The notes: generated by a model not told the origin, from the letters alone. Shown: positions 21,744 through 34,434, counted from the first letter of the whole stretch. The stretch is 63,702 bases of DNA, filler included, from Phoronis australis (GCA_002633005.1; 5 parts of 5 records of this genome joined end to end with filler, not necessarily neighbours in it); one strand, 5' to 3'. Numbers and translations: made by a program.

Positions 21744-24700
21744 TACATATGCACAAATTTTGGGCAACTTAAAATGGATCTATTCTTACTAATTACTTAA
21801 TCAATATTTATTCTGACAACGAGCACGATTCTCAGATTTGGTTACGTTTGGAGTCTCCTCGAAATGCAACATTAAATTCGATTTTTTGAGTATGACTCCA
21901 GTGAGCATCGGTGATTTTGAGTCTGAAATCTCGAGTATGACTATAAAGCTGACTGAGGTTGCAGACTGGGCCTCGGAGTCACAGTCGACGGAGGTGGGGT
22001 GCGGCAACTTTGACTTAATTCATTTCCAAAACATTTCTAAAATAAAATTCAGTTGCATGTCTCCTGCACTAATTATTCGTTTAAAATTAGTTTTGGATAA
22101 GAATTCAAATAAAATAACTGTATTAACCGCTTCTGGGCTAAACATTCGTTGCAACATCACCCGGCAAAACAGTACACAATCGCTTGTCTTAGTGATAGAA
22201 GCATACATTTCCCAAAATGCAAGTTCGGCGGCAAAATCAAATATGGCGGATTTACACATTCGCTATTGGGCACTGCATGAAAAGCATGCCTGTATTTGAC
22301 GAACATTTTCAATTCCAAATTTGAAAACTCCTGCCCCTTACCATACTTTGCTAGCAAGCAATATCAGATAACAAAAATGTTTTCTGTTTCTTTGATTCTT
22401 AGTAGATTTTAAGGCATTCACACAGCTCTCTGACTTTTTGGGAGCTCTTTCACTACAATATAGCTTATCTACGTATAGAACTTTAATAATCTAGACTCCT
22501 TTGTCACTTTAAAGCGTAACCACCACGTGTGTCCAGTGCCAATGAGTAATATAGAGCCTCCACTAATCGTCAGCTACGCAAATACCACTCGGACGAATTT
22601 GGCCTGGAACGGCCCGATGATTACAAGCACGTGAAGCACTTTGAATCAGAAGCAAATTCAAAAGTAACATTGTAGTTAATAGCACCAGTAGCTGCAACAA
22701 TTTTGTTGGTTTACGTGTGAATCCCATCTTTAACGGTTAGGCTTGGACTGGACCTTTTATTAAACGAACACCTCGAACCCCCCCACCCTGGCTACGGGAC
22801 TGCCTGCGCAGTCACCACTCGGGCATTGCCCGATGTTCTCTAGGCATTCTGTAACTGATTTGCGCAACGGTAAAGGGGATTTTTGGGCACCCGCTGTTTT
22901 AAGCTTAGTGACCGAAAAATCAGGAGCTACATTAAATGCACGGCAAATTTGGAGTCAAATATATATTATGTGTACTGTTCTACTCTATATCAGTATGACT
23001 TTTAAAATACTTACATCTTACAGTGTATTTCCGTTTTTCAATGCTGTGTTGCCAGGCCGTAGCCAGGGGGGTTTGGGGGGGGGGGAGGTCCAGCCATAGC
23101 CTATCCGATAGGATAAGACAATGTTGTTCATACTACTACTGACTTTAAAGCGAACACTTTCAAATTTGCAGGCTCTGGCAGACTTCAGTTAGTCAGATGG
23201 CGTCGTGAACAGAAGTAAACTGAAATGAATGCGTGATTGAAAATTGACTTGGTATAAATTGATAAACGTCGACGTGTTGCTTTAAATGTAAAATTCTGAA
23301 GTTCTACTATTCATGAAGCAAAAACACTCAATTTAAGACTCATAACAATCAATTTCAGACGGATATGATTTTTGAAAGATTTTGTTATACCAACGCATAA
23401 CTGTAGATGTGCATGGGCCTGAACATGTAAGGAAAGACTAGAAGAAGCTGAGACTTACTTAAAGCAACATGTATGCTCATTGAAATACATTATCAGGAAA
23501 TATTGAACAGATACGGTGTTGCTAATTTGTCTATTGGGATAGTCCTTGAAAGGAAATTAGAATTAAAACACGGCTTAATTTTCGGATAACATAAAATTTG
23601 TATACGCGTATCGGTTGCAAGTAGTGGAAGACCAGAGCACAGAAAAGAAGATGGTCGGCGACATGAAATATTCCGCAAAGAAAGACGCTAATGGGGCAGT
23701 TGCCATTGAAGAGCTTGACAATAACAAAGTTGCTGTCAAACTGATGTGCAATAAAATCAGAATCGTTCGAGATCTTTTAATTATTTAGTGGGTCGATATC
23801 TTAAATTTGACTTTTGCTCTGATATCTATCTCTTTTCAATCCTCACTGAAAGTGTCTCTTATCTCACTCTGTTTGGAGGTTGGAGAGAGAAAACTCGCGC
23901 CGCCAATTTCGGGGGACTTGATTCAAATGAAAAATAACATATGTTGCCGCCCCGTGGTATCCTAGATCCGCAACTGAATTCCAGACATTAATTTTAATTA
24001 GACACAGCCCTAGACCTACCGGAGCTAACTGTTTGGCCAGGACGAGATAAGTGTGTACCTGAGCTATGAACCTGAATATTGTGATCAAAATATTTCGTTA
24101 AAAGACTAGAAAAGCGTAAACAGTGCTATCGAGTCGTCCTAGTCAGACACTATAGTGCATGTGTTGTCTGTAATCTATGACCTACTTTACTCAAGGAGTC
24201 CCACCAGTTGTGACCTACTTTTCATTTGGCGAAATTTAGCAGACGGCAGAATAAAAATATCGGTGGATCTTCACTGATTTTATTCGAAAGATCATGAAAT
24301 TTATGGAATCGTACAGATAATTCGACTTTAATGTACATACCCAGCTTTAGATGAATATATCGTATCAGTGGCCTTGTCATTTCACAGGTAAAGGTGGCCC
24401 CGAGGCCGAGGGGTTCTTCGGATTTTCGCTGGCTACACTTATTTTTTCATCGTCACCTTCACAAATTCCCATATCATGAACGTACGATTCACTGTTGAAA
24501 AACATCGCCTCTTGTCTCGGTCGACGCGTTTTCAAATAGTGCAAAAACACTCATCGATTCCACCAGGAACGTCGTTTAGCGACAGTCTATTTGCCTCTGA
24601 CATCTCGTTCTTATGTCGGGTATCACGTGACTGTTCGCATAGGGGCGGATTTTGCGATATGTCAGTTGTTATCAGAGTACTTGTCTGCGTCCGCGAATGT

Positions 24701-26600
24701 TTCATGAACGCTGGGGCACATCGCAAACAACATTCTATTTTCAGATTTGTGATTTAAAGTAATGCAAAGGACATTAAACATTTAAAATGTGACAAGAGAC
24801 GTTGCTTTCAAAAGGTGACCAATTATGAAAAGAAGATGAAAAGTCCTTGAGCTGTGCGTTTGTTTAATAAGTTAAGTGACCAGAGAGACAGATTATACAA
24901 ACATGCGGAAAGTTCATAAAAAATAACAATGACCAATCATTTGAGAGATTTATTTCCATCGACATCAATGAATCACATCGAACATCAAGGAATACCATCG
25001 AAATATGAAACGAGGTCTGTTTACCCTCCGTGCCTGAAGTAAGAAAGAATTGACCCAAACATGTATAAATCACAAGACATGCGTCACAAGCAACCAAAAA
25101 TGTGAGACAGAGTGAAAACCACGTTATTGTGTTGGGCGTAATCGGAATGTTAGGAGTTTTGTCAATGCATGCCGTTGTGAAGTAGACAGCCGATGTCCAA
25201 ATTGTCGATATTTTTTTCCGAAAAAACGATTCAATTAAAGCTTAATATCATTACAGAGAAGTATTCTCAAATTTATCATAGGATCTAGGATGAAACCGGG
25301 TAATTGCATTGACCTAAGGATTTTAGCCTGGAAGCACTTTAGTTTGGCTTACCTGCCAACGGAGCATCTCACTTTGGTTACTGAGATCGTGCTTGAGGCA
25401 GCGCAACAAACAACGCGTAAGAAAACAAACATCATTATAGTAAAATATTCCTCGAAATGCACTTTTCCATAAGAGTAGGACCAAATCGAATATGAGTTGA
25501 CAAAACAGGCATATCTTGCTAAGGATAAAACAGAGATAAAATTATCGTCATTGATTTCATGTTACATCTGAAATAAAATTGAATTGTCAGAATTTTGACA
25601 AATTTTTAAAATGTAAACAATAGAGACTATGGCCAATCCACAAGACCTCAAAGCACCGGTTTTTTTTTCTAGTTTGATGGAAAGTTTGACACTAGTTTGA
25701 CAAGAAGATTAACAATGGTTAATAGTAGAGGAATCCATATGTCATCAATCACCCAAATCTGTCAAACTCTAGTGGTGATGCAACAAACGGAAAGTCCTTT
25801 TCCTCTCATAAGTTACATGAAGTCTGGTCTCTGTCGACTGATGCCTGATACAATCGATCTGAAGACGGTGACTTGTTCCTGACGGTCAAGCTGGTTGATA
25901 TAGTCTTCTTTAGTCCCATTGTAGACGTCAGGCTATCAGGTAAATTGATATTTCATCAATACATGCATTGCTTTCATACTCCCCAAAACACAATCGTAGG
26001 ATATCATCTTCTTGATGATTACCTACCAACATTAAATCGTAAAATAATGTTACTACGGCAACAACTTGTTTTAATATAGCAGATCAAACGTCAAAGGAGA
26101 ATCATTGATTTTGTCAAACTATTCCATAGCCCTGTTTGTAGTAGTTTGCTTTGCCCTGATTCTAATAGTCTTTTGGGTTGAAAAAGTGAAGGTATTATAC
26201 ACTCTACAGAGTATTATTCACTGCTGTTTCCATTGCGGGACGATTTGGCCCAAACTAAGTACTAAATTCTAAATCCAATCATCAGAAGTGAACAGGCTCA
26301 ACTATGAAGAACTCCTGAATAAAACTGTTACAAAGCAAGCAATTTTGAATTTCCAAGGAATTTAATAAAACACATGTCCTGTTTTGAAAAAAGTTTGAAA
26401 CTGCGTGGTTTTCGCAAATAGAGTGACAGCCTTTCGGAACTGACCTTTAATTAGCCAAATTAAACATTGCCGTGCAAGATACTGCTCCATGGTATTTAAA
26501 TCACAAACATTCCTTGTAAAAACAAGTTTTTCTGAAGTGGCACGTTTTGTGATGTTGAAAGCTTTGTTAAAATAGGGCAACAATTGGGCTAGTTATAGGT

Positions 26601-27237
26601 TGTCAGGAATATACTTATATTGCTCTTAATTTGGTTAGTTTGATTCTTATGTTCTAAACTGGTATAAAACACTTGACATGACCCATGAGATCAGGACAGT
26701 GATCGTGTATGTTTACCAAATGATAGTGTGGAACATTCTAGAAGATTCTTGTGACTGATGTTACCTGGAACATCCTAAGGCTTAGTATATGTTTGTAGAA
26801 TGATTGATTGGACACCAGAAAGTTGTAGAATGTGCTTGAACTGTTGCAAATTCAAGAATCTTGTAAGAGACAGGCACGGAGTTAGTAAAAGTTAGTTGAA
26901 AATGAGAGCACAGGCATCTTTGAGTTGCACTGAAGAGAATCAGCAGTTACAACGATAGTCAAAATAGAGTCAGCCACAGAGACACCAGAATATTGAAACA
27001 ACATCAACTAGTGAACAGCTGATGGAAGCATCCCAAAACTTAATCACAAGACAGGTTTAGCAGCACTAGCTGGAACATAGAACGGACATTACAAGTAGTC
27101 TTGTGAACGTACGATCGTGATTAATAAAGCGATGATTTCGAACCACCATGAACTGTATTCTTGCACGGAAAGCTACTAGCACCAGTCGGTAACTACCTGC
27201 GTCCAGTCACACGTCTCACACGGCAAGAAATGTTTCA
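26601..27237 (+). mobile_element. Diverged solo LTR related to the LTRs at 39576-39943 and 40797-41581
   Basis: Starts TGTCAG and shares colinear blocks with the reverse complement of 40797-41581 (CATGACCC.TGAG, TAGTAT.TGTTTGTAGAATGATTG, GAAAGTT.TAGAATGT.CTTGAA, GAAAGCTA.TAGCACC.GTC). The right end is approximate and no TSD is seen. Confidence 0.75.
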
Positions 27238-27772
27238 TATTGGAACATTGAAAAACGGGTATGAGCTGACTGGAAGTCCATGAGGTATCCGTGCCTAATC
27301 TCGTGGCCTTCAATACAAACTGTTAGACAAGAAATTAGTTTGAATTGACGAGATGTAAGTCGCAAGTTAGAGTGAACTTATACCCTGCCAAGAAAGTTGG
27401 CACGAAGTTTATGCCCAGAGGTAGGCTTAAACCTGGGAAATGCTATACATGCGCATGGTTTTGCTGCAAACGGAAGACCTGTGACACATGACGGAGATAT
27501 GCACATCACTTTGATTTCACTTAAAAATCACTGGCAGTTACTGGAAAATCGTTTGGCAATTCTATTTTCTTTCAGATTACTCCGCAGCTCCAAGTTCCAC
27601 GGAAACACACACCCCCAATGTAGCTTTGGACTTGCGTTTGATTTTAACACAGAGACAATGACAGCATGTATTTCCATGCGCCTTTGTCAACCGCCTTTTC
27701 ATCAGTAGCCGAAATTGTTGGACAACATGGCCCAGGTTCTGGTCTCCGTGTTGGCCCTGACTACTTAATGAC

Positions 27773-27995
27773 CAATTGGCAGGTTGCTGAGATACTGGGA
27801 GATGATCCTAAATGTCGTCTGCACCCTTATTGGTGTGTTACTGGATGAATGATGCTTAATCAATAGCTTTTGTCTGTTTCATATTACGTCTGTGTAGCGC
27901 GTACGTAATGGGCAATTAGCACTTTGCTGAAATACTGGGCGATTATCGAAAGTGTCGTCTGTGCCCGTATTGATATGTTGCTGGATCAATGATAC
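27773..27995 (+). repeat. Diverged ~83-bp direct duplication (27773-27855 and 27913-27995)
   Basis: CAATT.GCA..TTGCTGA.ATACTGGG.GAT.ATC..AA.TGTCGTCTG..CCC.TATTG.T.TGTT.CTGGAT.AATGAT occurs twice. Confidence 0.8.
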
Positions 27996-28090
27996 GTGTA
28001 CGTCAGTGTAGGGTTTGACGACGCTCGACGCTCGCAGCACGTACCGCCGTAAACTTAATAACAAACTACAAATACAAAAAGAAGCAAACG

Positions 28091-28333
28091 ATGTACCCTT
28101 CTAAAATGTGTTTTCTTCTGAATTATACAATGTTCTGTTCTGAAATGTGTTCTCGTCTGTCATATCCCATGTTCTCGTGTAAATTGTGTTCTCCTTTGAT
28201 ATATACCTTTTCCCCTTGTGAAACGTGTTCTTTTTTGATATGTTCCAAGTTCTCTTGTAAAATGTGTTCTCTTTTAATGTATCCCATGTTGCTTTCTAAA
28301 ATGTGTTTTCTCTTAATGTATTGCAAGTTCCCC
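28091..28333. repeat. 39-bp minisatellite, about 6.2 diverged units
   Basis: Consensus near ATGTTCYCTTSTAAAATGTGTTCTCTTTTGATRTATCCC, with units starting at 28091, 28130 and onward at a 39-bp period. Confidence 0.85.
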
Positions 28334-28747
28334 TAATCCTGCTAAGCCGCTATTCAGACAACTTTCCTTGTGTGCAGAGCTAAGTAAGTCACCACTGCTG
28401 CTTTGCACTGGGTTGTTACGAAGGTCACCCAGATTAATGACATAACATTTTTAAATTCGGAATTTGAAGGGGAAGTGTCAACTTCACATAAAAGTAGTCA
28501 ACATGAAAATTGTTCACAAATTAATGGAGATTATCACAATATGCATATCTTTACCATAGCCATGGTGTAAAAAAGCTATATATATTTTCGAATGGACACC
28601 CTTTGTTTTCATCTGTTTTCGCACATGATAACATTATAGCTGACACTCAAAAATCGTAATCAGGATAATTAAAAGGGGATTCACGAGACTTGCATGTTTA
28701 ATTAAAAAGACTTATTGTCTGTAACATCAAATCTACAAACAAGAAAT

Positions 28748-28902
28748 ATAGATTATTACATGGCGAAGTCGTTATCCGCCGTTATCTAGAGCCCGAATGG
28801 ATTTTGGAGAATTATCGCTTTAGCCCCGAGGGTGATAATTCTACAGAATCCACGAGGGCTCTAGATAAGGGGGATAACGACTGAGAACATGTAATAATCT
28901 AT
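28748..28902. repeat. Imperfect 155-bp foldback
   Basis: Arms ATAGATTATTACATG..AGTCGTTATCC..TTATCTAGAGCCC..TGGATT and AATCCA..GGGCTCTAGATAA..GGATAACGACT..CATGTAATAATCTAT. Confidence 0.8.
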
Positions 28903-29445
28903 TTATACCACTTACTGAACGAGAAACATTACAATGAATCGATCTACCTTTCTCGCCTCGGCTTTGTAACTACTTTCTATGTCAGAGGCCCAGGTTCGGA
29001 GGTCGTGACCTTTGAAGAGAAGCCGAGATATTTTTTGTAAAATAATACTTTTATTCAAAACCAATTGAAAAATAAAACAAAATAGAAAGAAAGTGAATCT
29101 ATAAATTAAGGTTTAGCAACTATTATAGCGTACTAAACATCTTATCACGCTAAGCTTCGACCGGGAATATGTCGTCTGCTAAAGTAGGTTACCACTAGTG
29201 ACTGACTATAACGCTCAAGTAAAAGGATCCCGACAACACGACACCTGCATTCAAATTGGAGATCGGTGATTTACAAGTGAGAGAAAATGAGAGAGAAATT
29301 TCACTGAATTGAAATATGTTTTTATGGAAATTATGCGTCTTATTTTTAATAGCGTATAATTGTCGGTGCAATGCCCTTTGCTAAACATGCGATTGTTGCG
29401 CGTGCTCATTCAAGTATTCTATTTTCACGTTCGATGACGTCAGTC

Positions 29446-29554
29446 GCTGATTGGTGTAGTGGTGAAGTCGACGACTCGTAACTGTTGAGGCCCGGGTTCG
29501 AATCCGGCCTCGGTTTCCCGCCAAAATGTTATCTCACTAGTGAGATAACTTTTT
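29446..29554 (+). mobile_element. tRNA-derived SINE-like head or tRNA pseudogene with Pol III boxes
   Basis: A box TGGTGTAGTGG (29452-29462), B box GGTTCGAATCC (29495-29505) inside a T-arm CCGGG/CCGG, then palindrome GTTATCTCACTAGTGAGATAAC and TTTTT. Acceptor and anticodon stems are imperfect. Confidence 0.6.
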
Positions 29555-29699
29555 GGGTTATCACACGGTTGTATCTGCCATTCGAGGCTAATATTGTGGT
29601 ATAATGTAAAGTATACAACATACCTCAACTTTGCACGATTACAAATTTTATGACTGGTGCAGTTGCTTTCTACAATCTGTTTTGAAGTTCACCTAGGTT

Positions 29700-30809
29700 T
29701 GGAACAACTAGTGAAACACGGGTGGGGACACAAAGCTATTCTTTGAAAAAGTCACGATAATATCTAGTTCTGAATGAGTTGCATCATGTTTCAGAGGCTC
29801 TCTATTATGCGTAACGTGCGTGAACCAAGTATCACGTAGATCCCTCCAAGTGAAGTTTTGCTTCAGGGACCGGTAGCTCCTCCAAAATTGCACTGAGATC
29901 CGAATCCTTTTGAATCTGCATTACTGTACTTGTGACTGTTGTGTTAGTTTCCTCGTCACTGTCACCGTCACTTTCGACTGCCAATTACAGCTCGTTTTCA
30001 CTATCTGACTCCATGAACATTTCCTCAAGAAACTGGCCAACTGTCACCTTACCATGTTTGGCACCAGTCATCAGGAAACTTGCGTAAACTTTCAAAAATC
30101 TCGGTAAGAACTCATCACAGCCATATGTAAAATGTACAGGGAACTCTGAACTGTGGAAAGTGCATGCACAAATATATAAACAACATACTGGGCTTTCATA
30201 ATTTCTGAATGAAAAACACCAGTGTCCTGGGGTGAGTACACTCTCCTTGCGCAGCCAAAACATATTGTCTGTTTGACAAGACTGAAAACGGAGAAAATTA
30301 AAAGTAAACAGACGTTTTCTGTATAATAAAAATGCCAGAAATTGCCTTGCACTGTCACTGTTTCCAAAAGCTGGCCATGATATTCAAATAACCAATAAAC
30401 AGTTACTAATATTCATTCATTTGTTTGGTTTGTTATTTCTGAAATTTAATAAATACTGTGAATTATTCAGTCATTACAATATTCATGAGTGCATCCAGCC
30501 TGAAATACAGAGAAACTCGAATTTTTCTGTATGCACACCTTTTAATGACGGAAATCAACGAAGACTGTAAAAACGGGGCCACTAGGTTCAGGCCTATGAG
30601 TAGCGCATCCGTGCCCAATTCCTGTAAACTTTGTGGACTTCTGATACGCTTCTCGGATTTTTTTTTTTGTTTCATTGAGGCTAACATTTTTTGTCAAATT
30701 CGCCAAATTGGGGTGCTCCTTCGAGCCCCCAGAGCCCCCCTGGGTGCGCACATACATGTATTACTGTCAGAAAAAAACTAAAAAATTATGTTTTACCTAC
30801 ATGTAAGGG
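29700..30809 (-). mobile_element. Possible piggyBac-like remnant (one end plus a decayed acidic N-terminal coding stretch)
   Basis: The minus strand begins TTAA|CCCTTACATGTAGG at 30813-30796 and later reads VGQFLEEMFMESDSENEL*LAVESDGDSDEET. No catalytic core is seen. Confidence 0.35.
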
Positions 30810-33617
30810 TTAATGAACTTGCCCTTTCTGCCAAAATGTCTGGTCGTGAACATCTCAGACTACTTTTATAGAGTCAGCTTCTAATTGGCTGGGTCATGAA
30901 GTTTACTTTGGACGGAAGGTTAATCTCTGCTGACAACGCAGTTCCAGGGTCAAATGAATCTTATTAGTAGTATTTAAGTAATTGTACATTTGTGGAGGAA
31001 GCTGCCTCAGCGTGATATATATGCGAAAGCAGCTCACTTGGAATGGACGTTTAGTAGCTCTACATTCCTGATATTGCCATGATTACGAACTAATGTTAGT
31101 GCACGGCTGAACTTGCGGTTTGTCTCACACACGACAGGATGGAGGAGTAAACCGTAAACTTGGGAGTTTGCATATCAAAAGAAAACACCTTACAAATATG
31201 GTCCAATCCCGAGGTCAAAAGGTCAGGTTACACATTCATGGACAGTGGAAGCATCACTCTCACGAGATCCAAACTATCGGTCTTCATTACTTGTATTACA
31301 CGACCACCGTGCTGCGTTTCGTTGGTTACATCGTCTGTTAGATTGACATCATTTCCTGCTTTTCGCTATGGTTAGTTTTTTGGAATTTTCAGCCTGTATT
31401 TGGACAGTTCGCTAACGAATAGGGACATCTGATGTAAGTTATTAGAAGTGGTATTGCACGGCTACCGACGCTTTAAAACCTCCAAACTGAAAGGCGTCAT
31501 GTTTAGCTTGAGACTGTCATAGCACAGAGAATTCAGAGGAAGAGTGATAACATCGCGTATTAAATATATTATCATTGCAGACTCAGACACTATATTATGT
31601 GTTGCATAGTTAAGAATATACTTTTTATTGCTTAACTGTTTGGTCTTTGGCAACAAAAAATTACAACAAAGACACAAAAATTACTCGTGCTATTGCAAGT
31701 CCTCCTCTAATGAACTTTATTTTTGAAATCCTATCGAAAACGGATTTATATCGTTACACGATGTCCTTTTTTGTCTTAAATTATAATTTAAAGTTTCTGA
31801 TTTTCTTATGTTGACGTACAGTAAGTAAAGATATTTTTTTGGATAATGAGTACCATTAGCGTTTTGGCTTTTGCACAAAGTGGTAACCCGTTCTGTATCT
31901 TAACAATACTTGAACACGTAAAGGGCTTTAGTTGACTCCAAGTATTCTGTTATTAGAAATAAAAAAATCACGTCAATTAAACTTCACCAAAGTTCACATT
32001 TTCCCCATGTTCGTTGCAAGAACCGACGGTGCAGTGGTTTTTTAATACAAAAAATTACACATGCTTGGAACTGGTTCAGTCGCAGGCAGCTGTGTACCCT
32101 CACGATTATACTCTAACGAAGATCTAAACGTAGCTGTTTGGAAGTCGGACCTACAACAACCTCCACTTACAGGTTTAAGAAGTTTAACAAAGAAACCCTG
32201 CTCCACTTTGCCGGTCACCCTGGTGGCACTAATACAGTTTTTGATGTCCGGTGCAGTGTTGTGCAAATGGAACCACGTTATTTTAACAAAAAGTTATGAC
32301 TAATGGTAGTAAGCGAAAAGAAATGGTTTGCAAAGTGATTTCGCTCCAGGTTTACAACCTTAAATTGAAGTGCATATTATGCATACATAAACTGTGACAA
32401 ATACGACACAATACCTGCTGTTCAAGTCTGAAATCAATATTTTGTTGGTTTACTGAATGGGAAGGTAAACTAAAGAAGAAGGTTTTGCTGCAAACACTTG
32501 CTAAATGTTTTCAGCCAATTTATCGAACACGTTTCAGCAAAACCATTGCCGCAAACTTGAAGGATCCAATCATCTGTGTGTCCAAATATGATGCAACTGT
32601 TGGCAACTGCAATAAACAACAATTCCCACTATTTCTTATGAACTTTTCATCGTTTAAGTTGTTAATCTGATAAGAAAATGCACAACTCTACCTAATGAGC
32701 AGAGCTAGTTGTATTCTAACTAGCTGTCTCCAGCCAGCATAAAACTTCTTACTAATGTTTCATGAACATTTAGCCGGCACAATCACGGTTAGAACTGAAA
32801 GTTTAATCTCACATGTATACTTCCGCGTGTACTTTTTGAAACTTATGGCAAAACCAAGAAGCTTTACATTGACTTGATCAAATGGCTACAAGAAACAGTG
32901 TGTTCGTTAAAGATTATAAGGTCATTGGCTAAACCAAGGACATATTTCATATTGTTTCAAATTCAAACCCTGATAGCAGCACTATTTTTAACTCAACAAT
33001 AAAAAATATACAGCTCTACCTGCCATGTGGATGTAAACAGCCCACTACCACCCCTGGGTGATTGTTTCGATGCAAATGCTTGGATGTCAAGTTCTCCCAA
33101 GTACTCTGCCAAGTTAATAGAGACCTGAAAACTATAAGATATTGGCAAACATAGCAGTATGTGATAGCTTCATAAGAATCCACACATAACGCATTTAAAG
33201 GGAATGTTATCCATGTAAAGATCAGGGATGGTCGAGCGGATTCAGGATTTTGAGTTGGGGGCTTAGGGCAGAGTAGGGTTTTGCCCATCATGCATTCACC
33301 CCCTGCCCCCCAACTTCCAACTGATCTTCTAGCGTTTTAGGGGACCGGGGCCATGGCCTTGGCCCCTTAGCTGTTCTCTGAATCCACCATTGAAGACACT
33401 AGCATGGTCTTCACAAGAGGTCTTATGTAACCATAATAGTTTACAGTGAAATTATAATTATTATCTCATGTACTACAGTAAACATGAAAATACTATATCC
33501 TGTGCTCCTACCAATCACTTTACTGCCTGGCATTTGCAAAGATATGAAATTGAGGTTAAATAAATCAGTTTTTGGCCACAATAAGATCAAAAACCGGACA
33601 ATCACCGCACAAAAAAG

Positions 33618-33654
33618 TTCAACGTTTCTTCTTTTCATTAGACATCATCAGGAT
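33618..33654 (-). ncRNA. Minimal type I hammerhead ribozyme motif, Penelope pLTR type
   Basis: Minus strand ATC-CTGATGA-T-GTCT-AATGAAA-AGAA-GAA-ACGT-T-GAA: intact CUGAUGA and GAAA boxes, palindromic ACGU stem III, one mismatch in stem II. It lies downstream of a same-strand GIY-YIG fragment. Confidence 0.6.
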
Positions 33655-33769
33655 CATATTTACAACAATTTAGGACAACAAGTGCCAACATACAGCTGAG
33701 GTAACATCCATAAAGTGAAGTGAGAGATACCTAGAATATGGTCAGTAGCTGGTCATCACCATAGCTACA

Positions 33770-34049
33770 GGGTAACAGAGCTCTGCATGTTATTTAAAGA
33801 ATCAGTGGCATGCTGGTACTAAATGGCCAATGACTCTTTATTGTACAGTAACTGCTTATTGAGTTCTCTGCAGATAATACTAACATAGTTGGCTTGGCGT
33901 CTGTAGCTAATACAATGCCTATATACGTTACTTTTCTCTGTGGTCTGATGTTCTTTAAGCCTGTCACAGAGGCGTCTCTGTGTGAGTCCTATATAGAATT
34001 CCTTACAGTTGCCACATCCAGCCTGATACACAACATTGCTCTTGTTCAA
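33770..34049 (-). mobile_element. Penelope-like element GIY-YIG endonuclease remnant
   Basis: KSNVVYQAGCGNCKEFYIGLTQRRLCDRLKEH...SNVYRH...KESLAI*...SLN, the VVY-CxxC-YIG-T-R-R-EH signature. Confidence 0.85.
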
Positions 34050-34434
34050 TAAAAGGATGGGTGAATTGAGGTTCCAAGCAAATTTCTAGAAGGAAAAGAA
34101 TATGCTCCTACAGGCATGGGGATATCGTTCTAGTCAGTCCATATTCAAGTCAACTCAACTCCTGGGTAAAGTTGTACAAGATTAACTATCACTTTCACCA
34201 TAACACTGAAATATTTGATTTCAATAAAACCAGTCGAACTCGCACTGAATGTGAAAATTTTAAGTCTGAATATGCAAACTTTTGCGGCATTCTAGTATTC
34301 CACAACCCGGTAAAATTCGAAAGCACATACTCAATCCCAAAGTAAAATAACACAGATTTTCCTTATTTGCATTGAATTATTTGGTGCAATTAGATAGGAA
34401 TTATGCAAGTTTCACTGTGCGTAACAATAGTTAA

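Larger units (their letters stand above)
27576..28434 (+). pseudogene. Decayed trypsin-like (FAM111 / Trypsin_2-type) serine protease region
   Basis: After a TTTTCTTTCAG acceptor it reads AFDFNTETMTACISMRLCQP, then after one frameshift FSSVAEIVGQHGPGSGLRVGPDYLMTNWQVAEIL, resembling the SV..I...GTGF.VG..YI.TN.HV motif with His replaced by Gln. GHPD follows at 28423-28434. Multiple stops. Confidence 0.45.

Noticed and set aside
29446-29520. Functional tRNA gene
   Set aside because: Acceptor and anticodon stems do not pair properly; kept only as a tRNA-derived element.
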